NCBI GenBank assembly: GCA_964016885.1
Contig: OZ024747.1
Span: 27,962,001-28,026,000 of the forward strand
Direction: 5' to 3'
Length of the DNA: 64,000 nt
Source of the DNA: Eledone cirrhosa
Taxonomy: Eukaryota
Shown: positions 54,056 through 64,000 of the stretch, in pieces
Layout: every line of letters begins with the position of its first letter
Numbering within the stretch: position 1 is the stretch's first letter
Program-made: the position numbers and the translations under genes
The notes under the pieces: model-generated
Told to the model about the DNA's origin: nothing
Seen by the model: the letters and a program-made list of their open reading frames with translations, nothing else
Databases searched by the model: none

Positions 54056-55531
54056 TTATACTTCTCTTAGGTCAGTGTTGTTTGTTTGGGTGTTGTTGTT
54101 GTTCCACTCATTCTTTCTGTTTAGCTTTGGTCTTCTAATTTCTATTTCACTGGCCTCTCTGATTTGCCTATCTGCTGGGTCATTCCTATGTTTAGATATT
54201 ATTCTAATTTCTATGTTGTCTATGTTACCGTCATGATGTTGTCTAGCATGTTCGTATAGTACTGACCCGTTTATTCGTCCTTTTAGTTCCCCCCAGTGTT
54301 GGTCTATCCTTTCACCTATGCTACGAGCTGTCTCACCTATGTATGTTGTTGTCGTGTTTCTGCAAGTACCCTCTGTACATCTTATGCTATAGACTACGTT
54401 TCTAGTTTTACAGTTTATCCGGGGGTTCACCTTACATATGATACATTTCCTATTGGTACAGTGGGTTTTCTTAAAAGGGTAGGTTTTGCTGATCAGGGAT
54501 TTTATGGTGGTTCCTGGCTTTTCTACCACCTTTATTTTTAAGTGGGTCTTTCTCAGGGCCTTTCTACACTGGTTAGCTAATTTCCCTCCAGGGGTGGCGT
54601 CCACAAACATGACACTCTGATATCTCTGGTTGTCGTACCATGATGTGGCCTTCCCTATCTTATGTCTAGCCCTATCTAAGCTATTCCATGATTTGCTCCT
54701 GTATAGTGGGCAAATTCCTTTCATGTCCAGTTCTATGAGGGTCTTATACTTTTCCATGGCTCCTTCATATACTCTGACTCTGTCTCTTTGGTTGTAGCCA
54801 GAGAACTGCATGCGGTTGATGAAGTGTTGGATGTGTCCTTCCATTTCTGTTGGGTCGCACATGCTGGACACATTCTTCATCACTCGTACCAAATCTGCGA
54901 TCAGAATATTAAACTTAGCACTACTGGACATTGCTGAGTTTTTGAGTATCAGGTATTTGGAGGCCATGGGTTTAGCATAGTGTGAGTGGAGAATTTGGGC
55001 TCTCTCGTCTATAGTGTTGATCCAGAGTTCTGTGTCTAATACAGGTAGTCTATTGTTAGGGTGTTTGGAAGGGAAGTCTATAGTTACAGTTATACTCTGG
55101 TGTATGGAATTAGCTATCTGCTGGATGCTTTCCATCGTGCTACGTTCTAAATCAAACTTGTTAGTGCTCTCTAGTGGGGGTGTTCTTATAACTATATTGA
55201 TATCGTCTACATAACGAGAGTACATGATGAGGTCTATGGAGCTTTCATTAAGGAGATCTTTAAGTCTCCTTTCCCACCATACCATGAAAAGGTTGGCAAC
55301 ATCGCCAGCTATGCTGACGCCGATGGCTGCTCCCTCATTTTGGGTGTAGATTTTCTCATTGAACTTAAATATGTGGCCCTTTAGGGTAGTTTTGATACTA
55401 GCCCCTATTGCATGTGCGACCATTTTTCTTACCTGATCAGTGTTTTGGGGGGTCCGTATAGCTTTGGTCCACCCAATCCACCTTCCTATGGGAGTCTTTT
55501 TAGCCATTGAGGTTTCGACACACGATTTCAT
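54056..55531 (-). CDS. Penelope-like RT/GIY-YIG endonuclease, uninterrupted 491-aa C-terminal part
   Basis: QNEGAAIG, YSRYVDDI and LPVLD (RT); Cys-rich linker CTNRKCIIC; NVVYSIRC...YIGETARSIGERIDQH...EH...H...REASEI...PKLN (GIY-YIG). The listed start Met is probably not the true start. Confidence 0.9.
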   Translation of the reverse strand: MKSCVETSMAKKTPIGRWIGWTKAIRTPQNTDQVRKMVAHAIGASIKTTLKGHIFKFNEKIYTQNEGAAIGVSIAGDVANLFMVWWERRLKDLLNESSIDLIMYSRYVDDINIVIRTPPLESTNKFDLERSTMESIQQIANSIHQSITVTIDFPSKHPNNRLPVLDTELWINTIDERAQILHSHYAKPMASKYLILKNSAMSSSAKFNILIADLVRVMKNVSSMCDPTEMEGHIQHFINRMQFSGYNQRDRVRVYEGAMEKYKTLIELDMKGICPLYRSKSWNSLDRARHKIGKATSWYDNQRYQSVMFVDATPGGKLANQCRKALRKTHLKIKVVEKPGTTIKSLISKTYPFKKTHCTNRKCIICKVNPRINCKTRNVVYSIRCTEGTCRNTTTTYIGETARSIGERIDQHWGELKGRINGSVLYEHARQHHDGNIDNIEIRIISKHRNDPADRQIREASEIEIRRPKLNRKNEWNNNNTQTNNTDLREV

Positions 55532-55589
55532 ATAAAAAACCTCGCAAAACTATATATATATATATATATATATATCGGGATGACCGGCT

Positions 55590-55661
55590 GATCTCGGGAA
55601 TTTTACCCGCCCTAGACATATATATATATATATGTCTAGGGCGGGTAAAATTCCCGAGATC
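55590..55661. repeat. Perfect 72-bp palindrome centred on (AT)8
   Basis: GATCTCGGGAATTTTACCCGCCCTAGAC-(AT)8-GTCTAGGGCGGGTAAAATTCCCGAGATC. Confidence 0.97.
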
Positions 55662-56664
55662 CATGGACGAGTTCTCACCAGACCAGCGGTGTCTGTCCCT
55701 CATTATCGCTGCTATGTCCTGCGTCTCCAAGAGACCAGTGTCTGTCCTTGGGGCATCAACATATTTTAACCTCGGTCTTCCTCTTCCAGTGTGTCAATGC
55801 AGGGGCTCCCACAGGAGCACTGAGTGCAGTGTTAACTCTGGATGCCGGTGAGCATGTCCAGCTAACCTCAGTCTCCTCTGGGCTACTCTCGAGCTGACTT
55901 TTGGGAGGCTCCCGGACAGCTCTGAGTTCTTCATCCTCAGTGTATACTGATTAATGTTCAGAGCCATCCTCAGCATTCTCGTGTAGCACCCATCCACCAC
56001 CTGAGTGAGTTTCTTGGTCAGTGTCCAAGTCTCAGACCCGTACAGCAGCACAGACTCCACTTGCTGTAGCAATGAAAGAGACGGATCTTCAGGTCTTTAC
56101 GAAGGTCTGACTTACACACCGATCTCAAGCTGTGGCACGCCGCCCAGGCTTTGCTATTCCTCTCGACCACATCATCTTCTGTATTCCCAATCTTTGCTCC
56201 CAAATACAGAAAGTCCTCAACCAATTCTAGCGGCTTACCGCCTACATTAGTAATCTTCTCTGGCTTCTTAATATTCTTTACCAGATACTTCGTCTTAATC
56301 TCATTCATTCTCAGCCCCACATTCATCGACATAGTCTCCACCTTCTGCATCAAATTCTCTGCCTCCTTCACTGTGTTTGTCACCAGAAATATGTCGTTGG
56401 CAAATTCAGCATCCGATATCTTGTTCGCCTTAACTCTCCTGCTCTGAGCCAGTGTTACAGTAAAGCCAGAGTCCTGGTGTTTCTCCAGCCCAAGGCACAT
56501 TGTGATGATAAAAAAGTAGGGAGCCAATGTATCTCTCTGGAGCACTCCAGCCAGTATCTCAAAGAACTCTGTCATCCCATCAGGTGTAATGACTTGGGCT
56601 TTGGTGTTGGTGTAGAGCAGTGATATTAGGTACACTATCTTCTTGGGGATTCCATAAACCTGTA

Positions 56665-56666
<2 letters not shown>
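55634..56666 (-). mobile_element. 5'-truncated decayed RTE-clade LINE between (TA)n tracts
   Basis: GVLQRDTLAPYFF, EFANDI (degenerate FADD), DFLYLG, ESVLLYGSETWTLT, RRLRLAGHAHRH and GRP across frameshifted ORFs 56018-56635 and 55794-56072. Confidence 0.88.
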
Positions 56667-56712
<46 letters not shown>

Positions 56713-56781
56713 TATGTATGTTATGTTTACCTGCATATATCTGCTTAAATAGATAGAATACAGTCTACTTAAATTTATGCT

Positions 56782-56830
<49 letters not shown>

Positions 56831-57107
56831 CATGTGTGTTTCTGTTGGGTAGATAGAAACTGTGTGGAAGTCTGTCTGATTGATTCTACCTGTTACGCTG
56901 AATCTCCATCACGTTTTTCACGATCGGAATACTTAAATAAAACTGTCCTGTCCACATCAAATTCAGCTTTATAAAACAAATTATCTACCTCTAACCATAC
57001 AAATTTAGTCTTTTTTTTAGTTATTTCCCTTGAACAAAATAAATATATATATGTAATAATTATTATATATCTCAATATCCTTCAGTGAATATATTTGGTT
57101 CAAGTCT

Positions 57108-57600
57108 TCATCATCATCATCATCCTCATCGTCGTCATCTTTTTACGTACATCTTTCCATGCTTGCATGGGTTGATTGGGTCCTTTCCAGCACAACCTCT
57201 TTCCATTTGTTGCATTCCTTCGTCGTTCTAAGATTAGCTGTCATCACTTCTGTCCAGGTCTTCCTTGGTTTTCCTCTACTCAGGACCATATTTAGATTTT
57301 GTGGGACCCGGGGCAGTTCAGGTTTAGTCCCCTCATATAACAACAAGCCCATTTTTCCCACTAAAGGTTGACCTAGCAGGCCCCATGACAAGCTTCTACA
57401 CTTTGTCATATTGATTACATTCTCCCTCAACAATACTCTGGCTTTCACTTCCTCCACCATCATCCCCACTCGCATATTTTTGGGTCTTCCCCTTTTTCTA
57501 CCTCCCTCCACATTAATTTTCATCACTCCTCTCACCCAGTGACTTTCATCCTTCCTCTACACTTGATCCAACCATCTCATTCCATTTCTCTTCACAACAC
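57108..57600 (-). mobile_element. RTE 3' fragments with (GAT)n tail
   Basis: VEGGRKRGRPK and SRGKPRKTWTEV motifs, tail CCCATGCAAGCATGGAAAGATGTACGTAAAAA(GAY)n. Probably two nested fragments. Confidence 0.65.
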
Positions 57601-57729
57601 ACACACACACACACACACACACAAATATATATATATATATACATGTGCATGTATAGCTATATCAATGATGGTGTTTGATGCATGTGTGTGTGTACACAGG
57701 GGTTTTTCCAAAGGGTCTTTGGAGTAACT

Positions 57730-58082
57730 ATTACTCAATAGAGTGCATAGCTCGGAGATCCAAGAGTCACTCTAGGTAGAGCCACTACTTCTCCGATATG
57801 ACATCACAGCCATGATACTATGGGCATGTAGTTAGAATGTCCCAGGAAAGAATCGCTGGACAGATTTTGCAGGCAAAACCAACCAGCGGGAGACCCAGGG
57901 GTAGACCCCGAATAAGATGGTTGGATAACATCCATGAGCTTGGCTGGTTTTGCTTCGGGATCCAGTTGGATCAGTTGGAGATGGTTGCTTCTGACAGGAC
58001 CCGCTGGAGGGAGTGGTTGAAGACTCTTCCCCCACGACCCTCTCAGGAATAAGTGGAAGAAGAAGAACAAGAAGAAGAAAGA
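57730..58082 (+). mobile_element. RTE 3' fragment with (GAA)n tail
   Basis: RYYGHVVRMSQERIAGQIL...GRPRGRPRIRWLDNI...ASDRTRWR, then GAAGAAGAAGAACAAGAAGAAGAAA. Confidence 0.75.
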
Positions 58083-59074
58083 GTAAAAATGAGAATGGTA
58101 AGGTGGGTGAGGGAGTATTGCTCAGAGAGAGGATAACATACAATGAATTGCAGAAGATGATGGGAGCAGAGCCAGTGACTTCTGGTTTTCCACAAACATC
58201 CTTGTGCCTCAGAGGGGAACCTTCTAGGTACAAATCCCATGGTCATTCATGACCGAGGGGGTCTTTTATATATACGCACTATTTACACCATCTATTTTCG
58301 CCAACTGTTATCACTAAAGTAGGAAACATTTGATAAATTGGTTTAAAAGAGACATTAATTACATTGTTAAAAACATATTCTCTAATAAAAAACATTATGT
58401 ATATGAACAGGGCCTCTTTTCAGCTCTATTATTAAAAAGTAGCAGGAGCCCTGTTTGAAGATGGAGCCCTGTTCAGAGAGGATGGGGGATGGGGGCTGTT
58501 CCTAGAGAGGGTCCTGTTTGACAAAGGAGGCCCAGGGCAATCACCCCCTCTGTCCAATTTAAATCTGGCCCAGCTTCTACTGCATCTAGATTTCACTTGG
58601 AACTTCTGGGATTTCTTTACCCAACTAATGTTCATACTGCACACTAGATCTGATTCCATTTATCTCCTGATTTTCTTTCAACACATCTATGCATCATGGT
58701 TCATGCACATTAACATTACACTCCCAGTGGAGCATGCTAATCTGTTCTTTCTAATGCTAGCCTACTGTACTGGATCTGTAATGTATCCATTGTAGCTGGA
58801 AAATTCTTTCACCAAGCTAAGCCTATATTAGGATTGAACTTACTCTGGCACACTTAACACTTCCTCTATCCTTCTTTCTCAGAACTGCATTTCTCTGCTA
58901 TCAGTTTAAGGTTAATAATATTATTTGATATTAATAATGACTGTTTACTTTGAGGTTTCATAAGTTACTGTTTCTTTAAAACAACTGGTTTGAAAAGCTG
59001 GCAAATTCAGCGAAACTTCAAAGTAAACAATCACTATTAATGGATTCTGATTCAGGCACAAAACCAACAATTTG

Positions 59075-59260
59075 GGAGCAGTGAAAAGTTGATTAAATCG
59101 ACCCTATTGCACGACTGGTACTTTAATTTATCGATTCTGTAAGGGTGAAAAGCAAAACTAACCACGGCAGGATTTGAAATCAGAACATATGTAAAGGGCC
59201 ATAACTCTATGCTGTGAAGCATGGTATCCGACACTCTACTGATACTGTTAATCTACTATT
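59075..59260 (-). mobile_element. tRNA-derived SINE
   Basis: ACTGGTACTTTAATTTATCGA...CGGCAGGATTTGAAATCAGA...AGCATGGTATCCGAC, closely parallel to 59860-59990. Confidence 0.65.
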
Positions 59261-59427
59261 AATAACAAATATTATATTGACTTTGTATGCAGTAAATGTG
59301 TCCTTCACTCATTGCATGTTTGATGTACTTATGACATAAACCCATAATCTCTAATACTAGACTTTTTCAGATGTATCTTGTGTAGAGTGGCCTTGAGGAT
59401 TATTGTTATATGTTTACTACCAGCTTG

Positions 59428-60340
59428 ATTTGGTTCTATGATACAAAACTATGTTTTTAAAGTGTCTATATTTATCTATAAACCTTCCATAATAATTTTA
59501 TATAAGAACCTTTGATAAGTTCCAAACACTAGCTTAATAATTTTGATTTTATTTTGTACGCAGAGTTCCTATGAAATATCAAAAGGCTGAGCACTATCAT
59601 ATGTAGGGGATATAATTTTTTTTTTTTTCTTTTACTTCAACATCAATTTATTTATTTTTTTTAAACACTTTAGTCTTTATTGTGTTGTATCAGATGAAAG
59701 AATGGTATTTAACTAATGTATTGGTACGCAATGGGGCCCACCCACAGCCCCAGCGGACAGAATGGAGAAGGCGTTTTCCCGGAGGACGGCAAGGGAGACG
59801 CGCTGGAAAAGCCACTCCACTCGCGGGGCTCACACCTAAGACCAGCAATTATCCCAGTGCATTACTGGTACTTTATTTTATCGACCCCAAAAGGCAAAGT
59901 TAACCTCGGCAGGATTTGAACTCAGATCGTAAAGAGCCGTAACTCCATGCTGCAAAGCATGGTGTCCGACCCTCTAACGATACTGCCAATTACTAAATCT
60001 CTCTAAATTCTTGATTATTTTCAAAATGATTTGAAAATCATAGGCAATGTCTTTCATTAGAAATATGGTAACAAAAAGTTTTAAATGTTTATATTTATCT
60101 AAAATCATTCCATCATAATTTTATGTAAGAAACTTTAAGTTATGTTCCAAATACCAGCTTGATAATGAGAAAGTTAGTTGTGTGGTCATTAAAATAAAGT
60201 ACCAGTAACTCACTGAAGTTGATTTAATCGACTTGCCCCTCTCCGTGAAACCATTATTAAATCCCTCCAAATTTTTTATTGTTTTCGAAATTATGTAAAA
60301 TAGACAAACCGCATAGGTCATTAGAAATATGGCAATAAAA
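59428..60340 (+). mobile_element. Two MITE copies interrupted by SINE and poly(A) insertions
   Basis: TGGTTCTATGATACAAAACT and TAATTTTATATAAGAACCTTTG (59430-59540), then TTGAAAATCATAGGCAATGTCTTTCATTAGAAATATGG (60031-60068). A second partial copy spans 60100-60340. Confidence 0.55.
59852..59990 (-). mobile_element. tRNA-derived SINE head
   Basis: ACTGGTACTTTATTTTATCGACCCC...CCTCGGCAGGATTTGAACTCAGA. Confidence 0.65.
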
Positions 60341-60436
60341 TGATTAGTACATTCAGTCCATCATACACTCACAGTCTCTGTTTCATGTGATGTAATTCTC
60401 AGGGAACCTATATCATTTTAGACAGAGTTCCCTACA

Positions 60437-60803
60437 ATCACATAAATACTTCACTTCTTTCAGCCTTACACTCGATCACTGTACTCCTTTCACACTCACA
60501 CTCAAACATTTCATTCCTCTCACACTCACACTCAACCACTTCACTCTTCTCACACTCACAGTAAACATCAAACTCTTCACTTCTCTCGCACTCAACAATA
60601 AACATTTCACTCCATTCTCTCACACTCAACCTCAAACACTTCACTCCCCTCGCTTTCACTCAATCTCAAACACTTCACTCCCTTTTCACACTCAACCTCA
60701 AACTCTTTACTCCGCTCTCTCACACTCAACCTCAAACACTTCACTCCTCATTCCTTTCTCTCCCACTCAACTTTAAACACTTCGCTCCCCTCACACTCAA
60801 CCT
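60437..60803. repeat. Degenerate ~30-33-bp C/A/T-rich minisatellite (~11 copies)
   Basis: Recurrent CACACTCAACCTCAAACACTTCACTCC motif. Confidence 0.85.
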
Positions 60804-61659
60804 TATCCTATTGCAAATTATTTGAAAATCATAGCCTATGTCTTTCATTAGAAATATGATATGAACCTATGCCCCTATAACGTTCATATTAATAAATAAA
60901 TAAAAACTCTAAGGTTTGTTCCCTTCCCTCTTTGGGGTCTCAGGATATGCAATCTTTGTACATCCATCCCACGCCTCCCAGGACACATCGCAGGCTCATT
61001 GCCAGTTTTTTGGGGCATGAAATGGAGACTGCAATGTATTTTTCAAACAGGACCCTCTACCTAAGGCCTGAATGTATATCTTGTTAACCTGCATGAAGGA
61101 CGATGGGGTATGGGTTTTGTTTTTATTTCCTCACCATATTGTAGTTGCAGTTTTGGTAGTTTTATTCATGCCAGTCACCAATCTGGTACTTTGTCTAACC
61201 CGCAAAGACAAGGTTTACTTAGAGGTGGCCTTTATTGCCTCTTCATAGCTACAACAATGGGTTGTGAAAGTTTTCTTGGGAGCCACAGGTGTCATCGATT
61301 GCTCCATCTTCCCTACGTGTTGGTCCAAGGCTGCTTATTCATCTGGCAATTGCCCACTTATATGACAACTCACCATCATATCTGGTGGCTGTATCACTAT
61401 CCACCACATATGGCCCATTCTCTAGCAGAACAACTCTGCCAAGAAACAAATCTAATCAATTTATTAAATTAATGATATTTAATTAATAAAAAGTTAATTA
61501 TTTAAAAGTTTTAGATAGAAATAATTTTGAAATGATTTAAAGTGAAAAGTTAACTTTTCTGTCAAAACAATTACTTTGGTTCACTGAGTGACCTTTTCTA
61601 ATCAGACCCCTAGTTGACGGGTGATCTTTCACCTCTACAGAAAAAAATCACTTTTGGAG

Positions 61660-62376
<717 letters not shown>

Positions 62377-63257
62377 GAGTATCAGTAGTTGAAATTGTGA
62401 CATGTTTACAAAAACTGCCAAATTCTACATCAAAAACAAATGCAGAACCATAAACATTTTCAATATTTTCAGAGGAAGGACACCCTAAATAATTCTTGCT
62501 GTGGTAGCATTCTTATTCTTTACATAAATCGAGAAACATTTTGGTTCCTCCTTCCTTTCCCTGCTTCTCTCTCTTAATTGATGAATTCCTGACATAATGA
62601 TGTGACACATGTCATCATCATCATCATCATCATCATCATGTCATATATCTGTTTATGAAATGAAAACATTTGAAAATATTTTGTGACAGATGACCTTCTT
62701 TGCAAACTTACAAACTTTGCTGCAAGTTTTTTTGTTTTTTTTCTGTGGGAGCATGCGGCATGCTGCATAGTATGTCATGTGACCAAAATGCACAGCAGAT
62801 GCATCAAGACCTATAAAAGCATGCAGCAACAACTCTGCAGTACGTCCACTGGTCATTCCTGGTCGTCACAATGTTTTCCCGTTTAACGTTTTTGTTAGCA
62901 ATTGGCTTTGCAGGTAAGACTGGCGACTTTCTTATCTATGATTTCTTCCTTTTTATAACAATATAGACAGACATATATATATATATATATATGGAAATAG
63001 ATAGATAGATAGATAGATAATGAGAAAGAGGGAGAGAGAGAGAGAAATAGGGTTCCAGTTCCTTCTGCCTTCACTGGGAGCCTGTTTCTCTATCCTCTTT
63101 CAAATTAGGAGTTATAATATCTAACAAGAGTTAATAAGTTTGATAACAAATTTAAATCAAATTAAATTAAGTTAAATTATAATTTGAATTAAAGGCTTAA
63201 AACATTCTCTTAAAACATTTATAGAAATAGCTGTTTTATTTCAAACAATAGAGACAA

Positions 63258-63325
63258 CCTGTATAACCCATGCCAGCATGAAAAACAGACATAAAATAGT
63301 AATGGTAATGATAATGATGTTGATA
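63258..63325 (+). mobile_element. RTE/SINE tail remnant
   Basis: AACCCATGCCAGCATGAAAAACAGACATAAAAT followed by a degenerate (GAT/AAT)n tract. Confidence 0.55.
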
Positions 63326-63454
63326 TAGATGTATAAAAAAAAAGGAGTGATTAATACACATACATATATAGAACCAGACATTAACTGAAAGAGCGCTCAA
63401 TACATGTTAGAGTATAAGTTTATTTGCTAAAGAAAAGTTTCAGTGATATAGTTC

Positions 63455-63491
<37 letters not shown>

Positions 63492-63817
63492 TATAGGTGA
63501 ATGTGTGTGTATGTGTTGGGTTTTGATCTGTTAAAAACAGAGTATTGTATAAATTGGTTAATTGATATACTTACAACACACTTCTTCTCTGATGAAGTTT
63601 AGCAAACAAACAAATGATTTGCTAAAACATTGTGACCATGTTGTAAGTATATGGATAAATCTATTTATAAACACACATACCTTCATACCTACTTACAAAC
63701 ACACACACTCACATATATATTTGTGTATATATATATATGTATGTAAAAGGTAAACAGAAATAACAACACAATTGGAAGGGATATATTAGGTTAACGCTTG
63801 ATATAGCAGAAAGAGGG

Positions 63818-63853
63818 TCTTAACGTTTCGGACGCTAGTCCTTCATCAGAAGA
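63818..63853 (-). ncRNA. Minimal type I hammerhead ribozyme, intact core
   Basis: Minus strand reads UCUU-CUGAUGA-A-GGAC-UAGC-GUCC-GAA-ACGU-U-AAGA: 4-bp stem I (UCUU/AAGA), 4-bp stem II, palindromic ACGU helix III and a GUU cleavage triplet. Confidence 0.82.
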
Positions 63854-64000
63854 AAGAATGAGAAATAAGATAGATTGAGGGGACGGGCGGGTTGGAATTG
63901 GAAAAAATGTCTTTAGATAAAAATAACAGGTCCATTCATGTTGACATCTCTTGCAAAACTGTTGGTGCTGGCGTTTTGTGTATGATTTATTTTTTAGAAA

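Larger units (their letters stand above)
53641..55550 (-). mobile_element. 5'-truncated Penelope-like retroelement bounded by (TA)n tracts
   Basis: RT + GIY-YIG ORF, A-rich 3' region containing a hammerhead, and (TA)n at ~53629-53641 and 55551-55575. Confidence 0.88.

Noticed and set aside
58405-58575. G-rich segment ending TAAATCTGGCCCAG as a hAT-type MITE
   Set aside because: Only a short CAGGGCC possible partner end and no TSD; insufficient support.
60930-61445. 120-aa ORF or possible RTE 5' UTR with an HDV-like ribozyme
   Set aside because: No recognisable protein motif, and I could not fold a convincing nested double pseudoknot by eye.

Overview
Eukaryotic (metazoan) AT-rich genomic DNA; the SINE/RTE repertoire looks octopus-like (inferred from recalled repeat motifs, not verified). 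Bases 1-~38458 are one uninterrupted 39/40-bp G/T-rich satellite with nested multi-kb duplications. It ends ~280 bp before the last three coding exons of the condensin ATPase gene SMC2 (+), so it probably lies inside an SMC2 intron. A convergent three-exon gene (-) encodes a 114-aa secreted six-cysteine protein resembling DUF4787, and its first coding intron holds a decayed full-length CR1/L2-type LINE. The rest is a mosaic of RTE fragments, SINEs, a TTAA-flanked MITE family, a young Penelope-like element and microsatellites. The most notable features are three minimal hammerhead ribozyme motifs (one in the Penelope 3' region, one with an intact core and one with a G12 mutation from a second family), a 42-bp filler made of inverted copies of both flanks of a (TA)n tract, and the giant probably intronic satellite. 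I found no multi-gene system that is clearly new.
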